Of a stretch of 64,000 bases of DNA, positions 36,552 to 45,528 are shown in pieces. The position numbers were made by a program, and so were the translations under genes. The notes below the pieces were generated by a model. It had not been told where the DNA came from, made no database searches, and saw nothing but the letters and a program-made list of their open reading frames with translations. Every line of letters begins with the position of its first letter. The stretch's first letter is position 1. Source of the DNA: Candidatus Thorarchaeota archaeon (GTDB lineage: Archaea; Asgardarchaeota; Thorarchaeia; Thorarchaeales; Thorarchaeaceae); assembly GCA_003345545.1 (NCBI GenBank), contig PRDH01000035.1, positions 28,171-92,170 of the forward strand, read 5' to 3'.

Positions 36552-37898
36552 ATGCACGCTACAAAAAGCAAAATCGTGACCTTCTCGGTCTTGATACTCC
36601 TTGTGCTTCCATTCGCTGCAATGCCGATGTCTAATGCTTGGACCGCTGGTGATGAGGCCGTTGTTTTTGGCCACACCTTCGAGGAAGAGTACTGGACAAA
36701 CAGCTCGATTCGAGTGGAGGCAGAGGATGGAACCAATGCAAGCCTAACAGCATCGTTTGTGCATGTAGGAGAATTCTCATCATTTCTCATTGCATTCAAC
36801 AATGCCAACAAGACAGATGGTACTCAGGCAATCTTGCCATACCAGTTGTTTGGTATGTATTTCAAGACCCCTGAGAACAGAGAAGTCTTCATCGGCGCCA
36901 TATTTGCATTCCTGCTGGTACATAATGAAACGTACGGCAGTAATGACCTGCCTGACGTAGGAAATGAACCGGCGTGGTACATTGTGCCTTTGGCTTCAGA
37001 TAACACCTGGCCTGAATACACGCCAGTCGTAGATCCAATCCCTGCGACAAAAATCAGTGACGGTCACTATCGCTTTGGAATGCGATACTACAACTTAACC
37101 TGTCGTGTGGTCGATGCCAACAATCCCTTGGGATTCTGGATCTCATTGGCCCTGCCTATTCTGACAGTCCTGATCAGCGAGCTCGTAATTCAATATGATA
37201 TTACCATTGGCGAAACTGGGGAAGTCAATGCTGAAACCCTATACACCCTGGGTCAGGTCAATAAGATGAAGTTCTGGGGTAACGAAACCGCACCAACGGA
37301 AATCATTACCGATTCTATGGAAATCTCAGCCGTACACTACCTGTCAATCTTCACCTCTCAGTACACGGTGGCGACTGAAACAGGAACTGTCTTGACTCCA
37401 CCGACTAGTACAATGCCTCTAGACGAGGACATCAGCATCAGAGTTGGAAGTGATGATGAACGTGCCTTTGACATAGGTCTAGGAAGGAACTATGCTCTCA
37501 TCAATGAAACAACCGGGATGACAGTTTCTGACAATGAGACTGCGCTCAATACTCTACTCGGGGCACGTCTGAGCGATCTCCTCCTTGTTGCCTGGCAGGC
37601 TCCTCTGTCTGCCTGGATATTCGCACACATGGCATATGGACTATCTGCCCAGATCAGGTCAGTGTATACTTCCGTGGGCGACATGGCCTCTCACGCTGTT
37701 GCTGGCACTGCCTTCCACAATAGCAACTGGTGGTATGCTGTCACATTCCCAGAGTGGAATTCACTTCGTATCCAGCAGGACCCTGTATACACTGCATATA
37801 CGAATCTCGCTGCTGGCGGCGGTGGTGGTGGAGTTGTTGTCCTCCTTCTTGTCGCCGTGGGCGTACTGGTACTTGTCTACATCATTCGCAGACGATAG
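36552..37898 (+). CDS. Secreted surface protein with C-terminal TM anchor
   Basis: Signal peptide, many N-x-S/T sequons, GGGGGG linker, TM, RRR tail. Confidence 0.8.
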   Translation: MHATKSKIVTFSVLILLVLPFAAMPMSNAWTAGDEAVVFGHTFEEEYWTNSSIRVEAEDGTNASLTASFVHVGEFSSFLIAFNNANKTDGTQAILPYQLFGMYFKTPENREVFIGAIFAFLLVHNETYGSNDLPDVGNEPAWYIVPLASDNTWPEYTPVVDPIPATKISDGHYRFGMRYYNLTCRVVDANNPLGFWISLALPILTVLISELVIQYDITIGETGEVNAETLYTLGQVNKMKFWGNETAPTEIITDSMEISAVHYLSIFTSQYTVATETGTVLTPPTSTMPLDEDISIRVGSDDERAFDIGLGRNYALINETTGMTVSDNETALNTLLGARLSDLLLVAWQAPLSAWIFAHMAYGLSAQIRSVYTSVGDMASHAVAGTAFHNSNWWYAVTFPEWNSLRIQQDPVYTAYTNLAAGGGGGGVVVLLLVAVGVLVLVYIIRRR

Positions 37899-37912
37899 TA
37901 GTTGCGCGTAAG

Positions 37913-37964
37913 TGTCCCCTGGATTTCTGCTCAATGAAGTCCACGGGACATCCCTCCCTTTTTT
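37913..37964 (+). terminator. Long stem-loop + T-tract
   Basis: TGTCCCCTGGATTTC/GAAGTCCACGGGACA (37913-37927/37936-37950) then TTTTTT. Confidence 0.55.
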
Positions 37965-38031
37965 GTACCGAGTATCTCATCGGGGAATTTAAGAGAAGCA
38001 GAGATGACTCTGCCAGTAGAGGACTTGAACC

Positions 38032-39558
38032 GTGTTATACGAGCGCCTATGTCATTACAGCTCAAAGATCCCCCCCTTCTCAAAGATTACTAGGAAGACT
38101 GATGACAGAGAGCTCGCAAGGGCGGTACGTTTTCTCCTTCCACTTATGACAGTGACCGTACAGGGCGTCGTTTCTGCAGCCTATCTCTCGACCACAGTGA
38201 CATTCTTCGGGGCAGTCATGACACTGCTACTACTGGGACTAGATATTCTCATCGCCATCCCTCTCTCGGCAATGTTGGCGGCTGTGATCTATTATGTTGT
38301 CATCTCATACCCTGTTTCGATGATGAATAGCTATAGGCTTGGGCTCTCTGAGGAGGCCGATATTGTCTTTGAGCAGTTCATACTGGTCTTCCAGACCCAT
38401 GGTACAGTCTTTGATGCGATTGAGATGGTGGCGCAGTCCAATCATCCATACCTGTCGAAGGCATTCCGGCACATACTCGGTCGAATTGCTGAAGGCGTGC
38501 CCCCTGAAACATGCCTGATGGACTTTGCGAAAGACCAACCTTCGGACGACATTAGGCGCTATTTCACGACAATTGTTGCATCGCTTGAGAGGAAGACTGA
38601 TCTTCTGGACGAGATTTCAGGGGAGTCTTTTGAGGCCGACCTTGCGCTCAGGCAGAAGAACTTGGAACTAGAGAGCAGGCTCTTGATAGTGGCCGCCCTG
38701 GTGACTTACTTCCCTATTATGTTCACTCTGGCAATATCCCTCGGAGGATACGCAACTCACCTTGCTGTTCTCTTGGCTGTGCCATTCTTCATCTTTTTCA
38801 ATGCTCTACTTAGGAATCGGTTCTCACGGCAGTTTTCGGCCTACTTTGATAGACCTAAAGATGACTCTCTACTTCCACCCACGCAGAAGGACATAATCGG
38901 TGAGTATGACGAATTCCTGAGTTTTCTGATCCTTCTAGGGCAACGCCTCACATCAGGTGATTCATTGGAGGTCGCATTGCCGGCGGTCCGCGGTGATCTG
39001 GAGCCGGCATTGCAGAAACTAGTGGATCTTGCTGTCAATGCTGTCTATCAGAAGCATCTCAGCATTTCTGAGGCCATGAACATTGCATCGGAGGCTGCTC
39101 TTGGTCAGAGAGTTTCACAGATGTTCAAGATGATTGCATTGATGTGCGAGACCTCAACTCAGGATTCTGGAGAAAGGATTTCAAGGATTGCTGCCCGTCT
39201 CATCAAGAGGTCTGCTATAGCTAAAGAGAGAGACAGTATAATTGCCGCTCAGAGAATGAAGGTCTACTTGCTGACCTTGACGAGTGTTGCGGTGCTAGGT
39301 ATGCTTGCTTCACTAGCTCCCTTCCTCTTCATAGGTTCTCTTCTGACCCAGGGGCCGACATGGTCACTTGGGTCCCTCTCAGCAATTGACATTGCTCCTC
39401 TCCTTATCACCCTTGGAATCACGGCCGTTTCGATGGGCTACCAGAACACTCGAATGGTTAGTGGTTCACGCCCAGTTCTAATGGCCACAGTCTGTGGGCT
39501 GGTATTTTGGATTGCCTTTGCCTTCTCTTCTGGACTAATGGGCTTGACTCTAGTGTAG
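38032..39558 (+). CDS. Type II secretion F (TadB/TadC/ArlJ-like) membrane platform protein
   Basis: Two helical cytoplasmic repeats (YLSKAFRHILGRIAEGVPPETCL; LGQRLTSGDSLEVAL) separated by TM pairs. Confidence 0.75.
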   Translation: MLYERLCHYSSKIPPFSKITRKTDDRELARAVRFLLPLMTVTVQGVVSAAYLSTTVTFFGAVMTLLLLGLDILIAIPLSAMLAAVIYYVVISYPVSMMNSYRLGLSEEADIVFEQFILVFQTHGTVFDAIEMVAQSNHPYLSKAFRHILGRIAEGVPPETCLMDFAKDQPSDDIRRYFTTIVASLERKTDLLDEISGESFEADLALRQKNLELESRLLIVAALVTYFPIMFTLAISLGGYATHLAVLLAVPFFIFFNALLRNRFSRQFSAYFDRPKDDSLLPPTQKDIIGEYDEFLSFLILLGQRLTSGDSLEVALPAVRGDLEPALQKLVDLAVNAVYQKHLSISEAMNIASEAALGQRVSQMFKMIALMCETSTQDSGERISRIAARLIKRSAIAKERDSIIAAQRMKVYLLTLTSVAVLGMLASLAPFLFIGSLLTQGPTWSLGSLSAIDIAPLLITLGITAVSMGYQNTRMVSGSRPVLMATVCGLVFWIAFAFSSGLMGLTLV

Positions 39559-39613
39559 CAGAGTTTATTTGCAGCTAGATGTAATGCGAGTTTAGTTAGG
39601 ATGAGGTGTTAAT

Positions 39614-40258
39614 ATGCTTCAAATCCCATTTCTTGATTGGACGCTTCCTGAGATTATGGCCTATTTCCAGGATGACTGGATTCTTGCGTGGGTGCTCATA
39701 CTGTCAGGAGGTCTTTTGGCAATATGGCTTCTGGAAAACATAACAGATCCTGTCCCAATTCTGGGTTCGATCTTTGACTTTCTAGTAGCGATTGGAACTT
39801 ATCTGGGCTTTTTTGTGGGTATCTTGGATATCTTCGTTGGATACGTTGTTTGGACAGTCCAGCCTGGGGCAACAATTGTGGCCGGTGTGCTGATCCTGAT
39901 GGGATTCTCACTGGTCATGAGAGTGCTCTCAAAATTCCCGCTCGCCTTGCTGTTCGCCGTGGCAATTGCCATCTTCGGAGTTATAACAATTCACGGATTC
40001 TTGATTCCTTATATTTCAACTCCGGTGATTGGCACCTACGTTGCCTGGCTAACATCTGGTAAAGGCATGCTAGTCATTGGGTTCATTATATTCTGCGTTG
40101 CATATGTCCTAGGCGGACTAATCATCAAGATACTCGAGCTGATAGGCAAGATATTCGCGTCCGTACCGGTGAGTGTCATTGTTGGACTTGCAGCTATTGC
40201 AGTTGGCGTGATTATCATACTCAATCCGTCATTGCTCAGTATCGGACCCTGGCCTTGA
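39614..40258 (+). CDS. Hypothetical polytopic membrane protein
   Basis: Almost entirely hydrophobic, about 6 TMs; GAGGTG RBS. Confidence 0.8.
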   Translation: MLQIPFLDWTLPEIMAYFQDDWILAWVLILSGGLLAIWLLENITDPVPILGSIFDFLVAIGTYLGFFVGILDIFVGYVVWTVQPGATIVAGVLILMGFSLVMRVLSKFPLALLFAVAIAIFGVITIHGFLIPYISTPVIGTYVAWLTSGKGMLVIGFIIFCVAYVLGGLIIKILELIGKIFASVPVSVIVGLAAIAVGVIIILNPSLLSIGPWP

Positions 40259-40263
40259 GCTAT

Positions 40264-40297
40264 AGAGGGGTCAAACCCCTCTTACCTTTCTTTTTTT
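40264..40297 (+). terminator. Stem-loop + T-tract
   Basis: AGAGGGGT/ACCCCTCT then TTTCTTTTTTT. Confidence 0.6.
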
Positions 40298-40301
40298 AAT
40301 C

Positions 40302-40565
40302 CTATTCTGTTGGCTTTCTAATTTCTCTAAAGAACAAGAACTTCAGTTTGCGATCACTGTAGAATTGTGCTGCCGCCTCGATTCTTTTCTTTGCAGCCTT
40401 GATTCCGACTATGCATTCCGACACATACAGCTTCTTCTTACGACTCTTCTGAACTTCAGCAAGAGAGAAGCCATTTGGTAGATCGAATCCTTCCGGTGCC
40501 AGAAGTGCTACACGAAACGCGGACATGCCTCTCATCGATTCTAGCCAGAGTTCACAGTAAGCCAT
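40302..40565 (-). CDS. Hypothetical small basic protein
   Basis: ATG after GGAG; fills the gap between genes. Confidence 0.65.
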   Translation of the reverse strand: MAYCELWLESMRGMSAFRVALLAPEGFDLPNGFSLAEVQKSRKKKLYVSECIVGIKAAKKRIEAAAQFYSDRKLKFLFFREIRKPTE

Positions 40566-40812
40566 CGATCATCTCCCGTTCTGTACCCTCAGCCCCAATG
40601 AATCTTTCCATGACTAATGCAGGCTCATCAGTTTGAACACAACGAGGTCTGTTGCTGTTTCTAGGTGGCTGCTGAACAGATCTGATATCGACCCGGATGA
40701 TATCCCAAAGAATTCATATAGTAGGTCTGCATGCAATCTACTAAATTCGAATACAATCTAATAGACTTGATAGTACTTGCTGATAGTCTAATACTGGGAG
40801 GTAACCTTACCT

Positions 40813-41490
40813 TTGTCGCTTAGGTTCGAGGAATCGTTGCTGTTGAGAGAAAAGACAGAATTGGAGGCGAAGCTCAAGAAGATTCGTAAGGACAAGAACG
40901 ATGATTCAGCCGAGCTTCCGAAAAGTGAGAAGGCACGACTCGAAGAAATAAACGAACTTCTGAAGAAGAAGATTATCAGTGTTACAATGACTCAGTCCCT
41001 AGTGAATCATATTGATGACCTTGTCAAGGATCGAGCTGGTCGGTCTCGGGCTCAGATGATTGAGGACTCAGTCCGTTGGTTCCTTGATTTTACAGTGCAT
41101 AAGTGGAATGAGCGAGGCATCTACGTCAACACCTCAAGAGCAGTTCTTGAATCAGAAGCAATATCCTCTCTCTTCTTCTCTAAACTTACTCCCTCTGACC
41201 AATACGAATTGGGGCTCACTGCTGGTGCTCAATCACCTGTTGCTGACGTTGTCCGATTGATTCACGGAGAGGACCCCGGGAAAGTCGGTAGCCGAGATCT
41301 GGTTCTGGGTCTGTTACAGGACAATGGGTGGGGATCAATATCACATACTGAACAGGGTCTAGTCGTGATTAGTAGTCCATTCTATCCGGCACCTTTCATA
41401 CGTGGCTATCTGGAGTCTCTGCTCAAGGTAAAGCTGAAAGTTGTCGAAACAAATGTGAAAGAGAATGTTGCACTACAGGTCGTCAAGTAA
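40813..41490 (+). CDS. Ribbon-helix-helix regulator fused to a V4R/H-NOX-like domain
   Basis: IISVTMTQSLVNHIDDLVK..SRAQMIEDSVRWFL (RHH), then YELGLTAG..NGWGSI..FIRGYLESLL. Confidence 0.7.
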   Translation: MSLRFEESLLLREKTELEAKLKKIRKDKNDDSAELPKSEKARLEEINELLKKKIISVTMTQSLVNHIDDLVKDRAGRSRAQMIEDSVRWFLDFTVHKWNERGIYVNTSRAVLESEAISSLFFSKLTPSDQYELGLTAGAQSPVADVVRLIHGEDPGKVGSRDLVLGLLQDNGWGSISHTEQGLVVISSPFYPAPFIRGYLESLLKVKLKVVETNVKENVALQVVK

Positions 41491-41532
41491 GTCTATTGCG
41501 AATCTCTGACAGCGAGACTTCCGAGGTGCCTG

Positions 41533-41958
41533 TTACCATTCCTGGCCCATTTCAAGGATTTCAAATTCGCTTTCATAGAGACCTGGAATGCTATTGATGG
41601 TCTTTCGAATATCAGGCTCCTTGGCTCTAATATCGTCAGCGGAGAAGTATACCTCATAGATGCATCTGTTTTCCTCAAAACAGAAACCTGTTGTGAACAG
41701 CACTTTGAGGTCATGGTGCTTAAAGAGCTGAGTCATTGTCTGCATGAGTGCTGGGTTGACCTTTTCAACCTCGAGTCGTACTCGAGCTCCGCCTTCTTTC
41801 GTCATAGGAATCAGCCGAATCTCACCAGATCTCTCGAAGTAGATCACCATCGCAGCCTTCAGACCCTGTAAGGCTTCGTTTTGAAAGAAATCAGCTGGAA
41901 GTCGAATCTCCTTCTTCCGGTGGACATCTGCAATCATTCCCTTTGTTAGTCCGGCCAC
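41533..41958 (-). CDS. AbrB-like + ACT-like domain protein
   Basis: DVHRKKEIRLP..EIRLIP hairpin motif, then beta-alpha-beta-beta-alpha-beta ending INSIPGL; GTG start after GAGG. Confidence 0.6.
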   Translation of the reverse strand: MAGLTKGMIADVHRKKEIRLPADFFQNEALQGLKAAMVIYFERSGEIRLIPMTKEGGARVRLEVEKVNPALMQTMTQLFKHHDLKVLFTTGFCFEENRCIYEVYFSADDIRAKEPDIRKTINSIPGLYESEFEILEMGQEW

Positions 41959-42139
41959 GCATATCGCCTCTTGCCTGTCAATCTGCCTCTGCGCAATCGA
42001 AGTATTTGTATCTTCGCCCCATCTACTATTAGGCGTTTCTGGGATACTCATTAGCATAATAAAGCTATCAAGTAGGTCAGAAATCCATAAAAACGGGATA
42101 GGATTATGGTTTTCAATGAGAGATTCGGAGAAATGAAAC

Positions 42140-42262
42140 ATGGGTAAACAAGGCGGCATTTATGTCTGTGATATCTGTCAACAAGTCATTGAAGTGAAGA
42201 AATCCGGAGTGGGGACCTTGGTGTGTTGCGGACAACCCATGCGGCTCTATGAGGATGATTGA
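42140..42262 (+). CDS. Desulforedoxin-type FeS4 mini-protein (40 aa; not in ORF track)
   Basis: MGKQGGIYVCDICQQVIEVKKSGVGTLVCCGQPMRLYEDD: CxxC-x15-CC and G.LVCCGQPM; GGAG upstream. Confidence 0.9.
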   Translation: MGKQGGIYVCDICQQVIEVKKSGVGTLVCCGQPMRLYEDD

Positions 42263-42567
42263 CGACTTTGACTTCTGAATATGATGGGAATATTGCCCTT
42301 GATGTGATTGGTCTACTGATAAGCTCAGCGAGGAAAGAGTGATAGCGACGAGTCTTTGTCGCATCATATGATGCGTGATGGAACATGGATTATTTGGCTT
42401 GGTTCCCTTGCCTCTGAATTCATGTATTATTCTACAGAGCCAGAGTTATGGATATATTAATAAATTGCAGAAATGGTGACAAAATCAATATAGGCTAGGA
42501 GGAACATTCATTGACTGCGAGATTGCGAGTAACAGCTAGAACCTTCAGAAACAGACTTTGGCGAGTA

Positions 42568-43125
42568 ATGTACGAACCGCGTTCATACTGGAACAAGAGG
42601 TATAAGGTTGGGGGGACCTCCGGAAAAGGAAGTATCGGTCAAGAGAGATCAGAAAAGTGGGATATTATTAATCAATATGTGGATATGACTGGACTCCGTG
42701 TCCTTGATATTGGGTGCGGCGATCTCAGTTTTTGGGAAGGTCGAGCGATACCTGAGGACTATATAGGTGCAGATGTTTCCGATGAAATAATCCGCAAAAA
42801 CAGGCAAAAATACCCCACTAAGAAGTTCATACGAAGTAACGGTCAGAATCTGGAGAATATCCCTGTAGATGTTGTGCTGTGTCTAGATGTCTTATTCCAT
42901 TTGAAGAAAAGCGATTTTTTTGAGCTATTGAAACGACTCGATACTCAAGACGCAAAATGGTTGGTTATTACTAATATTCCCGAAGTACGTAATCCCGAAC
43001 CACACATGCACGCACGGCCAATGCCAATTGAAATGCTTACGTATTGGACACTTATTGAGAAGCACCAACTGGAAAGCGGTAATCTCTTGTATGTGTTTTC
43101 AAAAGATAAAAGCAAATATGCGTAA
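42568..43125 (+). CDS. Class I SAM-dependent methyltransferase
   Basis: YWNKRYKVGGTSGKGS, VLDIGCGD, GADVS, LDVLFHL. Confidence 0.85.
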   Translation: MYEPRSYWNKRYKVGGTSGKGSIGQERSEKWDIINQYVDMTGLRVLDIGCGDLSFWEGRAIPEDYIGADVSDEIIRKNRQKYPTKKFIRSNGQNLENIPVDVVLCLDVLFHLKKSDFFELLKRLDTQDAKWLVITNIPEVRNPEPHMHARPMPIEMLTYWTLIEKHQLESGNLLYVFSKDKSKYA

Positions 43126-43372
43126 GAGTAATTGAGCTATCAGAATGGGTAGCTGCAAAGTGGGATTTTGAACATTGATACAGGGGTCCTTGTACAGCAT
43201 TTCCATCCATGAAACTCCAGTGGGCAAATAGATTGGGAGACTCGCAATAGTCATCACCCTTTGTGAGTCATTCTAATACGCTAGAGTTCTTGCATTATTC
43301 AGAGAGCCGAACACTTGACAATGTTTATATCTTCTGCAGCGGGGCCAATCAAAGTCCTCGGGGTATCCTTCT

Positions 43373-43930
43373 ATGTTCGAATTGCCTAATCATGTTGTCA
43401 AGACTAGGGGCCTTCTGAATCTTCGTGCCTACAAGACCACTGAGCTCTTTGAGTACGAAGATAAGTATGTGATGTATCCGACGAAGGGAGAGGTCGAGAA
43501 GATATCTCGGTACGTTGTGTGGATTCTCAAGGAGCCAAAGGTCATTGGTATTGCCTTTGTGAAAGAGATTGCAAGCAAAATGGAGGAAGTCGAAGCTCAA
43601 CGGGGCATGCTTGTGGGCGGGCTGCGTTTCACCCCTGCTGCCAAGAAAGAGGCCAGCTCCGCGAAGGTGGAATTAGTCGAGGGCGGCTATGCATCCTTTG
43701 ACCTATTTGAGCACGAACTTGTCCCGCCTCATTCAATAGCATCTGAGGAAGAGATCAACCTTGTACTAAATCACTACAAGATTACAAAGACTCAACTTCC
43801 TCGCATCAGTCACGACGATCCAGCTGTCCGGGTTCTTGGCGCCGTACCTGGACAGGTATTGCGTATTGAGCGTACGAGTGACACAGCAGGAACTTCTTAC
43901 TATTATCGCCTAGTTGCCCGTGGTGTCTGA
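43373..43930 (+). CDS. rpo5: RNA polymerase subunit Rpo5/RpoH with eukaryote-like RPB5 N-terminal domain
   Basis: C-terminal HELVPPH..QLPRI..DP..GQVLRI.R.S.TAG..YYRLV; extra ~105-aa N-terminal domain with KVIGIAFVK..RGMLV..FTPAAK. Confidence 0.9.
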   Translation: MFELPNHVVKTRGLLNLRAYKTTELFEYEDKYVMYPTKGEVEKISRYVVWILKEPKVIGIAFVKEIASKMEEVEAQRGMLVGGLRFTPAAKKEASSAKVELVEGGYASFDLFEHELVPPHSIASEEEINLVLNHYKITKTQLPRISHDDPAVRVLGAVPGQVLRIERTSDTAGTSYYYRLVARGV

Positions 43931-44039
43931 TACAGACTAAGACCTCCGCAGTAGACTCCCGACTCCTGACAAGGTTCTTAGCCCTTCATAAGCAATCCAT
44001 TCTCGGGTCAGGAGAATTCGTCCAAATGACCGCTATTTC

Positions 44040-44498
44040 ATGAAAGGTGCCGGGCTGTTGCTACTAATCGGTGCCATTATCTTCATACTGACTATCTATT
44101 ATACAGAGCAGGCTAGACATGAAGTGATTGATGTTGATCCTGGCTTCGTAGTACTCACAGGTTTCTTCCTGTTTGTGGTATTCACTGCGATCATTGCACC
44201 CACTCTGATATGCTTCGATACATCATGGGTCACGCCACGTCACCGCGATATGCAGCCAAGCAAGCCTCCTGATGACCTCTATACACGCGTCATTCTCCAT
44301 GAGGACTCCAAGTCTGAAGTGCTCATATATGGTAAGGAGAATGTCACTGTCAGAGAAGCATTGTTGGGTGACTGGCCGTTCGCCCAGAGTATCAAGAAGA
44401 ATACGTGGTATGTTGTCGATGCTTCCGGCAATGATGTGACTGATTCTGCTCTATCGCGTTTCAAGGGGACTGCGCGCAGCTTCTTTGAAGAGACCTGA
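44040..44498 (+). CDS. Two-TM membrane protein with small soluble C-terminal domain
   Basis: Two hydrophobic helices, Pro-rich linker, ~70-aa alpha/beta domain. Confidence 0.7.
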   Translation: MKGAGLLLLIGAIIFILTIYYTEQARHEVIDVDPGFVVLTGFFLFVVFTAIIAPTLICFDTSWVTPRHRDMQPSKPPDDLYTRVILHEDSKSEVLIYGKENVTVREALLGDWPFAQSIKKNTWYVVDASGNDVTDSALSRFKGTARSFFEET

Positions 44499-44698
44499 AC
44501 GGAAAGAGGGTGCCGAGTATGTTGCTCTTGCCAGTCGTAATTGCATGCTAGATAGGGACATGCAAGTCAGCCTTGGCATGCAGTTCCCTCTTCAATGAAG
44601 TGAATGCACAATGTCTATGTTCTGTTAACCACTTCCAGTCACGAGGCAGTTCTTACAGAACTCAACGCTTTCGTACCGTGCTCATTGTTGAGCATATT

Positions 44699-45463
44699 CT
44701 AGAATACTAGCAGTCCCATCTGCATTGCAACCAGGAGCATTACTAGGCAGGTTATCATTGGCAACGTGACATTATCCGTGCCTTTGGGACTGAAGAGTTC
44801 AACAATTGTACCTGTGAGTGCTCCAACTAATGCTAATAGCAGCATATTGAGATAGCCCGCAGACGACGTGAATATAGGATCACTGTAGATACCAAACCAC
44901 CAGAAAGCAATCATCGCTCCGATGAATCCGAAGATGAAGAGGCCAAGGCAGCCCTCGATACTTCTCTTTGAACCGAATATCACCTTCGTATGTCTTGCTC
45001 CATATTTCATTCCGATTGGTGCGCTCATACCATCGCCCAACATCATGATCATTATGGCGGCACCAGCCAGAAAGTAGGCTTCTTGATAACCTGTGAATGT
45101 GAATACTGCTGTAAGAATTGTGATGGATACTGCATACCAGAACGGGCCCCGCACACTTCCATGTTCCAAGTCCTCTGGCCTTGCCATTGCTGCAAAGAAC
45201 CGACCAAATCTGTCAGTATTTGCCAGCCCGAGCATGACCACGAAGGTGAGGGCAACGAAAGTGGCGACCCATGCATGAGGATAATAGGGGACAGTCCAGA
45301 TTGCAGCACCTGCGAATAGATGTACAGTCTTCCGTGTGAAGTCGGACCCAAGATGCATCTTTCTCCGACCAAGATCCGCAATTACGAGAATGATGACAGC
45401 ATAAATCACAGCTATGAAGAAGACAATGATGTCCTCCAACACGATAGCGAATTCAACCTGCAA
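44699..45463 (-). CDS. CTP-dependent polyprenol kinase (dolichol/phytol kinase family)
   Basis: FTRKTVH, GDGMSAPIG, KRSIEG, GTDNVTLP. Confidence 0.88.
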   Translation of the reverse strand: MQVEFAIVLEDIIVFFIAVIYAVIILVIADLGRRKMHLGSDFTRKTVHLFAGAAIWTVPYYPHAWVATFVALTFVVMLGLANTDRFGRFFAAMARPEDLEHGSVRGPFWYAVSITILTAVFTFTGYQEAYFLAGAAIMIMMLGDGMSAPIGMKYGARHTKVIFGSKRSIEGCLGLFIFGFIGAMIAFWWFGIYSDPIFTSSAGYLNMLLLALVGALTGTIVELFSPKGTDNVTLPMITCLVMLLVAMQMGLLVF

Positions 45464-45528
45464 GCAGTGCGCTCTCCAGCTTCCATTGTCATCTAAACGA
45501 ATGAATATATCTATCGGATGTAACGGGA

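Noticed and set aside
41959-42159. Long N-terminal extension of the 208-aa minus-strand ORF
   Set aside because: It overlaps the start of the desulforedoxin gene and the shared promoter region; a better RBS-linked GTG lies at 41958.
44499-44698. Repeated GCATGC-like words in an intergenic gap
   Set aside because: Irregular spacing and no extended symmetry; compatible with chance.
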